A stretch of 64,000 nucleotides of DNA, from positions 1,919-65,918 of the forward strand of contig JAZQGK010000130.1 in NCBI GenBank assembly GCA_045539975.1, in the 5' to 3' direction. This document shows positions 33,857-43,170 of this stretch, piece after piece. The notes below the pieces were generated by a model that made no database searches, had not been told where the DNA came from, and worked only from the letters and a program-made list of their open reading frames with translations. Within the stretch, counting starts at the first letter, position 1. Every line of letters starts with the position of its first letter. The position numbers were made by a program, and so were the translations under genes. The DNA comes from Candidatus Scatosoma sp. Lineage in GTDB: Bacteria; Bacillota; Clostridia; Christensenellales; Borkfalkiaceae.

Positions 33857-35368
33857 TTATTCAAAAGGAATTTCATCGTCCGCCTTTGCCAAATCGCCTT
33901 TCCTCGGCGGCATGGGCGGTTCCGGTACTCCGTAATCGTCGTCGGGCGCTACGTACTCCTCGTCGTCATCGTCAGGAATTCTCGGCGTCGTGCCGTATTG
34001 AGGCGGCTCGTCGTCGCGGTTTTGTTCGTCTACGTCCACGAACTTGGTATATTCGCCGATGAACTTCAAAGAAACTCTGCCCTGTTCGCCGGCTCTGTGT
34101 TTTGCAAGAATAAGTTCCGCCGCGCCTTTGACAATTTTACCCGAATCGATTTCTTCCTTGGTTGCAATCGCTTCCGGACGGCTGATGAACATTACGATGT
34201 CCGCGTCTTGCTCGATAGCACCCGATTCACGAAGATCGGAAAGCTGCGGTTCTTTGGACTGGATACGGCGCAGCTGCGAAAGCGCGATAACCGGCACGCC
34301 CAGCTCTTTTGCCATAATCTTCAAGTCACGAGTAATCGACGCGACTTCCTGTTGTCTGTTTTCCGCTCCTGCGAGGTTGGAATCCCCACTGGACATAAGC
34401 TGGATATAGTCGATCATAATCAAATCGACGCCGCCTGCCGTAGTCTTCAAACGACGGCATTTGGACAAAATTTCCGCAGGCGTAACGCGCGAGGAATCGT
34501 CAATGTAAATATTACTCTTTTTCAGCTGATCGCCTGCCAGCATCAATTTTTTCCATTCTTTTGCCGAAAGTTCGCCCGAAAGCGCGTTTTTCATGCTTAC
34601 GTTCGCATACGAACAAATAAGTCTTTGCACGATTTCGTGGCGAGGCATTTCGAGGGAGAACACCGCACAGGTCTTTCCTGCGCGCAGTGCCGCATGTTCG
34701 ACAATGTTCATTGCAAGCGAGGTTTTCCCCATGCCCGGACGAGCCGCAAGGACGATGAGCGCACCCGATTGCAAACCGTTGGTCATTCTATCCAAACGCT
34801 TAAAACCCGTAGGAATCCCCTTAAACGCGTCCTGATCCGATTGCAATTTTTCAAATTTTTGCAATACGTCACCGATGATATCGTCGTCTTTCATGCTGAG
34901 CAAAGCCGAGCGTTCCGTCTGTTTGGAAATATCGTAAATACTCTTTTCCGCAAAGGCGAGCGACGTCTTTTCGTCCACCCCTTTCATGGAAGTTTCGATA
35001 ATTTTACGGGACGCGCGAATGAGCTTTCTATTGATGCTGTCGCGTGCGATAATATCGTAATAGGATTTGTAGTTTGCCGTGGAAGGCGTGATTTGCGTGA
35101 GCTCGGTCAAATACATGATACCGCCTGCTTTTTCCAGCGAACCTTCGTTTTCCAAATCGTCGGAAACGGTGACGAGATCCACGGGTTTTCTATCGTTGAA
35201 TACCCGTTTCATGGCGCGCAAAATATATTTGTGCGATTCCTGATAAAAATCGTCCTCCGTCAGTTTTTCCACGAGGTCTGCCGTAATCTCGCTATCAATC
35301 AACAAACACCCCAGCAGCGCCATCTCGGCGTCGCGGTTATAAGGCATCGTATTGGTTTCGTTTGCCAT
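33857..35368 (-). CDS. dnaB: Replicative DNA helicase DnaB with an acidic C-terminal extension
   Basis: Walker A AARPGMGKTS, Walker B LIMIDYIQLM, and the N-terminal PYNRDAEMALLGCLL. Start at MANETN (ATG 35368, AAGGAG 7 nt upstream). A tail of about 53 aa ends in ADDEIPFE. Confidence 0.95.
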   Translation of the reverse strand: MANETNTMPYNRDAEMALLGCLLIDSEITADLVEKLTEDDFYQESHKYILRAMKRVFNDRKPVDLVTVSDDLENEGSLEKAGGIMYLTELTQITPSTANYKSYYDIIARDSINRKLIRASRKIIETSMKGVDEKTSLAFAEKSIYDISKQTERSALLSMKDDDIIGDVLQKFEKLQSDQDAFKGIPTGFKRLDRMTNGLQSGALIVLAARPGMGKTSLAMNIVEHAALRAGKTCAVFSLEMPRHEIVQRLICSYANVSMKNALSGELSAKEWKKLMLAGDQLKKSNIYIDDSSRVTPAEILSKCRRLKTTAGGVDLIMIDYIQLMSSGDSNLAGAENRQQEVASITRDLKIMAKELGVPVIALSQLRRIQSKEPQLSDLRESGAIEQDADIVMFISRPEAIATKEEIDSGKIVKGAAELILAKHRAGEQGRVSLKFIGEYTKFVDVDEQNRDDEPPQYGTTPRIPDDDDEEYVAPDDDYGVPEPPMPPRKGDLAKADDEIPFE

Positions 35369-35436
35369 ACTCGTTCTCCTTGTCTTTTCGGGCAAAGTAC
35401 GCTTTCATCGCGTACCTGCCCCATTCATTTTTTTCA

Positions 35437-37218
35437 TTAGTCTAATAAACTCTTAAATTCCTGTAAGGTCGAAGAGAATTCTTCCATAGCCGCTTCAAAA
35501 GGCGCTTTGGTCGTCAAATCTACGCCAGCCTTTTGGAGAATGGATACGGGATCGGTGCAACCGCCCGAGGAAAGGAACGTAAAGTAATCTTTGACAGCAC
35601 TTTCCCCTTCCGTCAAGATACGCTTTGCAATCGAAATCGCCGAAATGATACCCGTTGCGTATTTGTATACGTAGAACGCGTTGTAGAAATGGGGAATTCT
35701 CGCCCATTCGTATGCAATCTGTTCGTCGTGGATAATCCCTTCGCCATAGTACTGCTTGTTAAGGTCGTAATAAACAGCATTCAAGCTTTCTTTCGTGAGT
35801 GCTTCGCCTGCTTCCGCTTTCGCGTGCGCAATCTGTTCAAACTCCGCAAACTGCGTCTGACGGAACATCGTGGCACGGATCATGTCCATGTAATAGTTGA
35901 GCAAGTACTTTTTAAGGTTCTTATCCTCGCTCTTTTTATAAAGATGCTTCAAAAGCAATACTTCGTTAACCGTACTTGCGATTTCTGCAAGGAAAATCGT
36001 ATAGTTTGCCTTTGCGTAGGGCTGCGTTTCGTTGGATTTATAAGTGTGGATCGCGTGGCCCATTTCGTGCGCAACGGTGAAGATATCGTTGGTCGTTTCT
36101 TGATAGTTAAGCAATACGTACGGATGAGTATCGTACACGCCCGTAGAGTACGCGCCGCTGCGTTTGCCTTCGTTTTCGCAAACGTCGATCCAACCCTCTT
36201 CCTTGCCTTTGCGCAGCAAGTTTTGATAGCCTTCGCCAAGAGGTGCAAGACCTTCGATTACCAAATTGTACGCGTCTTCAAAAGGCAATTTAATGTCTGC
36301 GTTTTCCACCAAAGGTACGTAGATATCGTACATGTGCTGTTCGTCAAAACCGAGCACTTGTTTTCTGGTAGCAATATAGTCGTGCATGATAGGCAACGCA
36401 CCGTGTACCGCTTCAATCAAGTTTTCGTAAACCACGGGGCTGACGTCTTCGCCTTCCATCGCTTTCGCCATGCAGCTTTCGTACTTTCTTACCGTCTTAT
36501 AGAAAACGTTCTTCTTTACGTTGCTCGCATACGTCTGCGCGATGGTGTCAATCAATTTAATGAACGCGCCGTAGTATTTTTCAAACCATTCCTTTCTCTC
36601 TTCCGCCGTGCCCGTGTGCAACGCAACGCCGTAAAGACCGTGGCTCATCGGGACTTCCTGACCGCCAAGCTTTGCCGTAGGCAAGTTCAAGTTCGCGTTG
36701 TTGAGCATAGAGAAAACGCTTTGGAAATCACGCATAACGTCACCGCCGAGCGCAAGGATTTTCTCTTCGCCTTCGCTTAAAACATGCGCTTTGGATTTTG
36801 CCACTCTGCGCAAGCTGTATTCGTATTCCGCGAAATCGGGGTCGTCGATAAAGGATTGTAAAACACTCTCGTCAAGCGCCGTGAGTTCGGGTTCTACGTA
36901 GGACATCTGCGCAAACAAACGGGAGAACATCGCGCTCACGCGTGCGTTCGCGGACGTATATTTTGAAATGCGCACGTCTTCGTCATGGCGCATATGCGCG
37001 TAGATATACAACTTTTCCAAACGGCGCGAAAGGGTGTCGCTGAGCGTGAAATACGCTTGAAGGTCCGCTTTGTTGTGGAGCTTGCCCTTGAACTGTGCGA
37101 AATCGAATTTCGAATATTCTTCATCAATTGCTTTGAATTCTGCTTCCCAAGCGTCATCGTCGGGGAAGATGTCGGTGAGTTTCCATTTTAAATTTTCTGC
37201 AACGTCTTTTCTTTCCAT
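35437..37218 (-). CDS. pepF: Oligoendopeptidase F (M3B)
   Basis: 593 aa. Zinc motif HEMGHAIH. The N-terminal KWKLTDIF is typical of PepF. Confidence 0.95.
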   Translation of the reverse strand: MERKDVAENLKWKLTDIFPDDDAWEAEFKAIDEEYSKFDFAQFKGKLHNKADLQAYFTLSDTLSRRLEKLYIYAHMRHDEDVRISKYTSANARVSAMFSRLFAQMSYVEPELTALDESVLQSFIDDPDFAEYEYSLRRVAKSKAHVLSEGEEKILALGGDVMRDFQSVFSMLNNANLNLPTAKLGGQEVPMSHGLYGVALHTGTAEERKEWFEKYYGAFIKLIDTIAQTYASNVKKNVFYKTVRKYESCMAKAMEGEDVSPVVYENLIEAVHGALPIMHDYIATRKQVLGFDEQHMYDIYVPLVENADIKLPFEDAYNLVIEGLAPLGEGYQNLLRKGKEEGWIDVCENEGKRSGAYSTGVYDTHPYVLLNYQETTNDIFTVAHEMGHAIHTYKSNETQPYAKANYTIFLAEIASTVNEVLLLKHLYKKSEDKNLKKYLLNYYMDMIRATMFRQTQFAEFEQIAHAKAEAGEALTKESLNAVYYDLNKQYYGEGIIHDEQIAYEWARIPHFYNAFYVYKYATGIISAISIAKRILTEGESAVKDYFTFLSSGGCTDPVSILQKAGVDLTTKAPFEAAMEEFSSTLQEFKSLLD

Positions 37219-37262
37219 AATCGTAATCTCCTTGTACTGTTAATATTTTCGAAAAAAACTTT

Positions 37263-38618
37263 TTAATTTTTAAAGCTGTGAATGGGTGCGGGGATATTGC
37301 CGCCGCGATTGATGAGGCGGGAGGAATCGCAGTTATGCACGGGCATAATCGGCGCTCTGCCCAAAAGTCCGCCGAAGTTGACCTGGTCGCCCACCGTTTT
37401 GCCGGGCGCGGGAATAATGCGCACCGCCGTCGTCTTATTGTTAATCATACCGATAGCCGCTTCGTCTGCAATCATCGCCGCAATCGTCGTTGCCGGCGTA
37501 TCGCCGGGAATGGCAATCATATCCAAACCCACGCTGCAAACGCAGGTCATCGCTTCCAGTTTATCCAACGTGATTTTGCCTGCCTCTGCCGCACGAATCA
37601 TGCCGATGTCCTCGGATACGGGGATAAACGCGCCCGAAAGTCCGCCCACACGCGAGGACGCCATAACGCCGCCCTTTTTCACCGCGTCGTTGAGCATCGC
37701 AAGCGCCGCCGTCGTGCCGTGACCGCCAACCGTCTCAATCCCCAGCTCTTCCAAAATCTGCGCTACCGAATCCCCCATTGCAGGCGTCGGAGCGAGCGAC
37801 AAATCGACGATACCGAACTGCGCGTTCAAGCGCTTTGCCGCTTCTTTGGCGACCAACTGACCGGCTCTTGTAATCTTGAAAGCCGTGCGTTTAATCATTT
37901 CCGCCGCTTCCGTTAAATCGGCGTTCGGGATTTGCTCCAAAGCATGCTTGACAACGCCCGGGCCGGATACGCCGACGTTGACGACGACGTCCGCCTCGCC
38001 TACGCCGTGGAACGCGCCTGCCATGAACGGATTGTCTTCTACCGCATTACAAAAAGCCACCAGCTTTGCCGCGCCGATACCGTCCGCGTCTTTCGTCAGC
38101 CACGCCGCTTCCTTGAACACCTCGCCCATGAGCTTGACCGCTTCCATGTTGATACCCGTCTTGGTCGAACCGACGTTGACGGAAGAACAGAGGCGTTTGG
38201 TCGTGGCAAGTACTTCGGGAATAGAGCGAATAAAAATCCTCTCGTATTCTGCCGTCGCTTTGTGTACCAGAGCGGAATAACCGCCCAAAAAGTCGATACC
38301 CAACGTACCAGCCGCGTCGTCAAGCGCTTTGCCTATCAACGGTGCTTTTTCGGGGAACGCCGCGCAAAGCATGCTGACGGGAGTTACCGAAACGCGTTTG
38401 TTAACAATGGGAATCCCATACTGCGCCGACAAATCCGCGGCTGTTTTTACTATATTTTCCGCTTTGGTACAGACGAGGTCGTACACCTTTCTCGCCGTTT
38501 CTTCTGCGGTATCCCGAATACAACTAAGCAACGAAAGCCCCATTGTAATCGTGCGGATATCCAGGTGTTCCTCCTGCACCATCGCAATCGTTTCCAATAC
38601 GTCCTTATTGCTGAACAT
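37263..38618 (-). CDS. UPF0210 family protein (DUF711)
   Basis: 451 aa. The N-terminal [22 protein letters not shown] signature and pairing with an upstream ACT-domain UPF0237 gene. Confidence 0.85.
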   Translation of the reverse strand: MFSNKDVLETIAMVQEEHLDIRTITMGLSLLSCIRDTAEETARKVYDLVCTKAENIVKTAADLSAQYGIPIVNKRVSVTPVSMLCAAFPEKAPLIGKALDDAAGTLGIDFLGGYSALVHKATAEYERIFIRSIPEVLATTKRLCSSVNVGSTKTGINMEAVKLMGEVFKEAAWLTKDADGIGAAKLVAFCNAVEDNPFMAGAFHGVGEADVVVNVGVSGPGVVKHALEQIPNADLTEAAEMIKRTAFKITRAGQLVAKEAAKRLNAQFGIVDLSLAPTPAMGDSVAQILEELGIETVGGHGTTAALAMLNDAVKKGGVMASSRVGGLSGAFIPVSEDIGMIRAAEAGKITLDKLEAMTCVCSVGLDMIAIPGDTPATTIAAMIADEAAIGMINNKTTAVRIIPAPGKTVGDQVNFGGLLGRAPIMPVHNCDSSRLINRGGNIPAPIHSFKN

Positions 38619-38637
38619 TCTCTTTCTCCTCCGCTTG

Positions 38638-38907
38638 TTAAATGCTATGCATTGCGTTGAAGATATCTTCGTGTTGCAAATAAATAGACATGCCTATCTG
38701 CTTTCCAAGCTCTACGCAATCCTGCGCCAAAACGGAAAGCTCTTCTTTTGCCTCCGAAAGATCGGCAATCATAATCATCGCGAAATATTCTCCCAAAATC
38801 GTCTGAGAAATGTCCTCGATGTTGACCCCTCTTTCCGCCAAGAATGCGCTCACCTTTGCAATGATGCCTTTCTTGTCCTTTCCTGTAACCGTTACGACTG
38901 CTCTCAT
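38638..38907 (-). CDS. ACT-domain protein (UPF0237)
   Basis: 89 aa. [36 protein letters not shown]. Conserved partner of UPF0210. Confidence 0.85.
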   Translation of the reverse strand: MRAVVTVTGKDKKGIIAKVSAFLAERGVNIEDISQTILGEYFAMIMIADLSEAKEELSVLAQDCVELGKQIGMSIYLQHEDIFNAMHSI

Positions 38908-38930
38908 ACTAACTTCTCCTTTTGCGTATG

Positions 38931-39563
38931 TTAAACGTTCTCTTGCGAGTCGTTCATTTCCGTTTCTAAGCTATCCTCGTTCTCTTCGTATTCTTCCTGT
39001 TCTTCGTCGTATTCGTCTTCTTCTATCTCTTCAAATTCAAGCGCTTTCTTTTGTAAAATCGTATACTGGATAATGAAATTGCTCTGCGTTACGTACTGTA
39101 CGTAATCTCCGCTTTCAAACGGGGGCAAGGATTTTTCGATATCGCAATATACTTCGCGATCCATCCATTCTTGCTTTTTCTTGTTCCAAGTTTCAAATAC
39201 CGCAAATACAACGTCGATATTGTCCTTTTGCAGCGTCGGCTTTTCAAAACAGTAAAAATAATTCTTTTCCTCGTTTTTCAAACCGTCGGAAACGTAACTG
39301 AGCATTTTGTAATACCGCTTTACGCGGCTGTACTTGATTGCCATATACGGAAAAGCAAATATCACGTACAAAGCCGTTCCCACGTACACGCACGCTTTGG
39401 GCAAATCCTGCTCGGGCGCTTTGTACGGCAGGGTGATATAATAAAGCAGCCACGCGATACAAAACGCCAGATACACCGCCGTCACCCCTAAAAACAGACC
39501 GAAAATCCTCTTTTTTTGTTTATACACCGCCAAAAAATCGGCGTCGCTGTAAACAGTAACCAT
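38931..39563 (-). CDS. Hypothetical membrane protein with acidic C-terminus
   Basis: 210 aa. Two TM helices followed by a poly-Glu/Asp tail. Confidence 0.6.
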   Translation of the reverse strand: MVTVYSDADFLAVYKQKKRIFGLFLGVTAVYLAFCIAWLLYYITLPYKAPEQDLPKACVYVGTALYVIFAFPYMAIKYSRVKRYYKMLSYVSDGLKNEEKNYFYCFEKPTLQKDNIDVVFAVFETWNKKKQEWMDREVYCDIEKSLPPFESGDYVQYVTQSNFIIQYTILQKKALEFEEIEEDEYDEEQEEYEENEDSLETEMNDSQENV

Positions 39564-39589
39564 TTTTCTCTCCTAATTTTTACACTCTA

Positions 39590-40435
39590 TTACGGATTGT
39601 ACACGAACAGCACGCCAAGCGTTCCGCGGCCGCAATGGCTGGTGATAATTGAACCGGCTACCGTCTCGATGATTTCGTCAAACTCAAAGTTTTCCTTTAC
39701 CGCTTCTTTTGCCGCCTGTACCAAGCTTTCGTCAGCAGACGAATGGGTGACAAAACAACGGCTCTTGTCATAGTCGGGGTATTGTTCTTTGAGATCGGCT
39801 ACGTACTGTTTGATCAAGAACGACATCTTGCCTTTGTACTTTTTCCCGGGTACAAGCTGACCGTTGTCCATGTAGATAAGGGGATGGATTTTGAACATGC
39901 TTGCCACCGTTTTTACCATACCGGAAACGCGTCCGCCCTTATGCAAATAATCCAAATTATCCGGCACGAACGAAGTATTGATACGGGTGCGAAGCGCAAG
40001 CAATTCTTTTTCAATCTCGCTCGCCGTCTTCCCCTCGTCGCGCATATCCGCCGCCTTCAAAACAAGCAACCCTTGCCCAGAAGAAAGCGCCATCGAGTCG
40101 ATAACACGGACCTTTCCGCCGAACGCTTCCGCCGCCTGCTTTGCAAAGTTATACGAACCGGAGCTCTTGGACGAAATGTTGATGTGGATAAGCTCGTCCG
40201 CGCCGACAAGCTGTTCCTTGAAGAAATCTTCGTAATCGCCGATGCTCGGCGCGCTGGTTTTCGGGAGTTCTTTGGTCTCCGCTACAAACGCGAAAATATC
40301 CTCGGGTACGATGTCCACGCCGTCGTGATATGCCTTTGCGCCCAAATTGACCTGCAAGGGTAATATCACGATGTCGCGCGTTTTTACAAGTTCGCCTAAA
40401 TCGCAAGTGCTGTCCGATGTAATACGAATTGCCAT
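39590..40435 (-). CDS. DegV family fatty-acid-binding protein
   Basis: 281 aa. IRITSDSTCDL...PKTSAPS...HINISSKSSGS. Confidence 0.9.
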   Translation of the reverse strand: MAIRITSDSTCDLGELVKTRDIVILPLQVNLGAKAYHDGVDIVPEDIFAFVAETKELPKTSAPSIGDYEDFFKEQLVGADELIHINISSKSSGSYNFAKQAAEAFGGKVRVIDSMALSSGQGLLVLKAADMRDEGKTASEIEKELLALRTRINTSFVPDNLDYLHKGGRVSGMVKTVASMFKIHPLIYMDNGQLVPGKKYKGKMSFLIKQYVADLKEQYPDYDKSRCFVTHSSADESLVQAAKEAVKENFEFDEIIETVAGSIITSHCGRGTLGVLFVYNP

Positions 40436-40504
40436 GATTTTATTCTCTCCTTTGTCATGTCTGTAATATTTTTATGTTAAATTTCTGCTTTTTAAGGAGA
40501 AAGA

Positions 40505-41179
40505 TTACTCTTTCGTGTTCCAAAAAAAGATTTTTTCCAAAAGTTTTTGGTGCTCGATCGCCCACTGCGGTACGATTCCTACGATATCCGAACGCTTGTA
40601 CAGCCGATCCAAACGCGAACCCGAGGGCTGATTGTAACGGCTGTCTTGGCTGTTGTTTCGATTGTCGCCAAGGAAAAAAACTTCCCCCGCCCCCACGACG
40701 TATTCGCCGAAATCGTAGTTTGCTTGATTGCTATAATACGCATACGGTTCGTACAAAACCGTCCACTCGTCCGAGCCTGCATACATAATTTCGATTTGCC
40801 CGTCCTCACAGCGCACCCTGTCCCCCTCGATTGCGATTAAACGCTTGATGAGGTATTTGGTCTTTTGCGCCTCGGGAAGATTATCGTCAAATTCCGGATA
40901 ATCGCCCACGTACACCACGATGACGTCGCCGCGCTTAGCGTCCGCTCCGTCCGTATGTTTCATGAGTAACATTTCACCGCTGTATAACGTTTGACACATA
41001 GAACTACCCGAAACGGTGACGCCGCCGTAATGCAAAGTCCAGTAATAGCGGAACGCAAATACCGCCAAAATCACCGCCATCAAAACGGTGAAAAAAACCG
41101 TCGTGGCGCGGCGTTCCTGATTATGATACAGGTCTTCGTACAGCGCGCTGTCTTTTAAATTTTTATCATAACCGTTCAA
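40505..41179 (-). CDS. lepB: Signal peptidase I
   Basis: 224 aa. TM anchor, VSGSSMCQTL (Ser box), IKRLIAIEGD (Lys box), GDNRNNSQDSR. Confidence 0.9.
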   Translation of the reverse strand: MNGYDKNLKDSALYEDLYHNQERRATTVFFTVLMAVILAVFAFRYYWTLHYGGVTVSGSSMCQTLYSGEMLLMKHTDGADAKRGDVIVVYVGDYPEFDDNLPEAQKTKYLIKRLIAIEGDRVRCEDGQIEIMYAGSDEWTVLYEPYAYYSNQANYDFGEYVVGAGEVFFLGDNRNNSQDSRYNQPSGSRLDRLYKRSDIVGIVPQWAIEHQKLLEKIFFWNTKE

Positions 41180-41361
41180 TCCGACACCTCTGTTTGCACC
41201 GCTTTCGCCCGTTTTTTAACTTCGTCACGAGTCATATTGACGTATTTTCCGCAAGTGGCGCACTGCAATTTCACGTCCGCGCCGACGCGCACGATTTTCC
41301 ATTCTTTCCCACCGCAAGGGTGCTGTTTTTTCATGGTAATCATCTCGCCAACTTCGTACAC
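41176..41361 (-). CDS. DUF951 family small protein
   Basis: 61 aa. KKQHPCGGKEWKIVRVGADVKLQCATCG pattern. 4-nt overlap with lepB. Confidence 0.75.
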   Translation of the reverse strand: MYEVGEMITMKKQHPCGGKEWKIVRVGADVKLQCATCGKYVNMTRDEVKKRAKAVQTEVSD

Positions 41362-41421
41362 GGTGCGCTCCTTTTTCTATCTCTTTTTTCTATCGCCTTA
41401 TGCCGTTTCGGCACAATCTAT

Positions 41422-43128
41422 TTACAACCAAAGAATGTTGGTGATACCAAACTCTAATTCCTCGTCCGCGCAATCGAAGACAAGGGCGTTGCCGCTGCTG
41501 AAATTGTCCAAGGGGAAACCGTATTCACCGCCCTTGAAATCGCTGGCTTTCAAAATGATACGTTTCCATTTTCCGCCGCCTTTAATCGGCACTAAACAGG
41601 TATAGCTAACCTCGTCCTTTTCCACGTTCGCCACTTCGATGGAGACTTTTAACGTCTGCGATTCATGCGAATACGCGTCAAACTCCAACAAAGCGTTTTC
41701 GGGCGGCACAAACCGAGGCGAGCTTATCTTATACGTGCGGATACCGCCAACCGAGTACACACCGCCGATATCCCCGTACCCTTTCATGAGCTTTGGTACG
41801 GCGTGATGTTCAAGGAAAATCTCCCCGACGGAATATTCTTTATGCTCCGCGATACTGAAACTGTCCAAACTTGTGCCGGTAAAGATTTTCCTGTTCCGCA
41901 CGGCGTTGGGGTTGGTCTTGGTGAAGCGTTTTGCAACGATTTTCGACATCACGCGGAAACCGTTGATATATTTGGCATACGCGAACACAAACACAGCCGT
42001 TGCCCCGTCGAAGGGCACAATCGTATGCGAAATTTTGCCGTTTTTCACCGTTCTGCCGTCCGCTTTGAACATACAACGCCATTCTCGATACGCCGACTTG
42101 GTCTTGACGTCCGCTTCGGCGAAATAGATACCCGTTTCTTCCAAAATCCCTTCGGGGTCGCATTCCACGTCCACGCGCAACCCCTCTTCCGTTTCCTTTA
42201 ACGCTACGTTCAAGGTATCGGGGATATAAATTTCTCTGCCCTTTAAATTCTTTTCCAAGAAAAGGTCCATATCCGCCAAGCCGTTCGGACCGATACAGCC
42301 GCCGCTCTCCAACGAATACGCCAAAGCGTTGCCGTCTGAATTGCCGATTCTCGAATAGGTATCGTAGGCTCTGTCGCAGTCAAAATCCTTATCGTGCAAA
42401 GCGCAAAGCATCAGCACGGGACATTTTACGGACGGAGCATAGGACTGCGCCTCGACCGCCGCGATATAGCGGTGTCTGTCGTCGCTAAGGTTATGCGCGA
42501 TATCGTCGCCGAACTTTGCAATATTCGCAAAGGAACGCCAGCCTGCCGCGCTGATAGGCACGCCGCATTTTACGTCGGGGGAAAGCATGGTTTGCCATGT
42601 GATTTCGCCGCCCATGCGCACGCCGACAACCCCGATTGCTCCAACGTCGGGACGGAATTTTAAATATTCCACGGAATAGAGCGCGACGTACGTCCATTCG
42701 AACCACGTCGTCTTATCCGTTTCCAAATCGCGCAGACTGTTCAAGCCCTGGGCTTGTTCGAAATTGCCGTACGCAAGGGACGGGGGGTATACCGTACGCA
42801 AAACGCCGTCGCCGTCCCCACTCATTTTCCCCGAATAATCGGGAATGAGCACCGCATAGCCCTTTTCTGCGAAATAAGTTAAAATTTCCTCGTCAACGGG
42901 TTTGCCTGCGTCCCCTAAAAAGAGGATAGCCGGTTTTTTACCCTCGCCCTCGGGGCGGCAAAACCGCGCGTAAATGCGCACGCTACCGTCCTCCGACGCA
43001 TGACCCGAGTACGACACGTGGCTATAACGCCTGCCGTCCGTTTCCTCGATTCCCCATTCACTTGCACCGAGCGGATTTTTTAAATTGTATTTTCTCCATA
43101 AAGAAATTGCACTGACAATCGTTTTCAT
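41422..43128 (-). CDS. Alpha/beta-hydrolase-fold protein (acetyl-xylan-esterase-like) apparently lacking the serine nucleophile
   Basis: 568 aa. N-terminal AXE1-like layout, but the nucleophile elbow reads GVVGVRMGGE (Arg where GxSxG has Ser). Confidence 0.5.
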   Translation of the reverse strand: MKTIVSAISLWRKYNLKNPLGASEWGIEETDGRRYSHVSYSGHASEDGSVRIYARFCRPEGEGKKPAILFLGDAGKPVDEEILTYFAEKGYAVLIPDYSGKMSGDGDGVLRTVYPPSLAYGNFEQAQGLNSLRDLETDKTTWFEWTYVALYSVEYLKFRPDVGAIGVVGVRMGGEITWQTMLSPDVKCGVPISAAGWRSFANIAKFGDDIAHNLSDDRHRYIAAVEAQSYAPSVKCPVLMLCALHDKDFDCDRAYDTYSRIGNSDGNALAYSLESGGCIGPNGLADMDLFLEKNLKGREIYIPDTLNVALKETEEGLRVDVECDPEGILEETGIYFAEADVKTKSAYREWRCMFKADGRTVKNGKISHTIVPFDGATAVFVFAYAKYINGFRVMSKIVAKRFTKTNPNAVRNRKIFTGTSLDSFSIAEHKEYSVGEIFLEHHAVPKLMKGYGDIGGVYSVGGIRTYKISSPRFVPPENALLEFDAYSHESQTLKVSIEVANVEKDEVSYTCLVPIKGGGKWKRIILKASDFKGGEYGFPLDNFSSGNALVFDCADEELEFGITNILWL

Positions 43129-43170
43129 GTTCTATTGTATCCGTTCTTTATTTTTTCTTTTTTATTTCTA

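Noticed and set aside
33998-35440. 480-aa plus-strand ORF opposite dnaB. Similar long antisense ORFs occur at 35533-36780, 37278-38660, 43187-44086 and 52221-33 to 53033.
   Set aside because: They lie antisense to genes with unambiguous motifs (DnaB, PepF, UPF0210, SbcC). They have Arg/His/Phe-rich low-complexity translations and no RBS, so they are shadow ORFs of GC-richer coding sequence.
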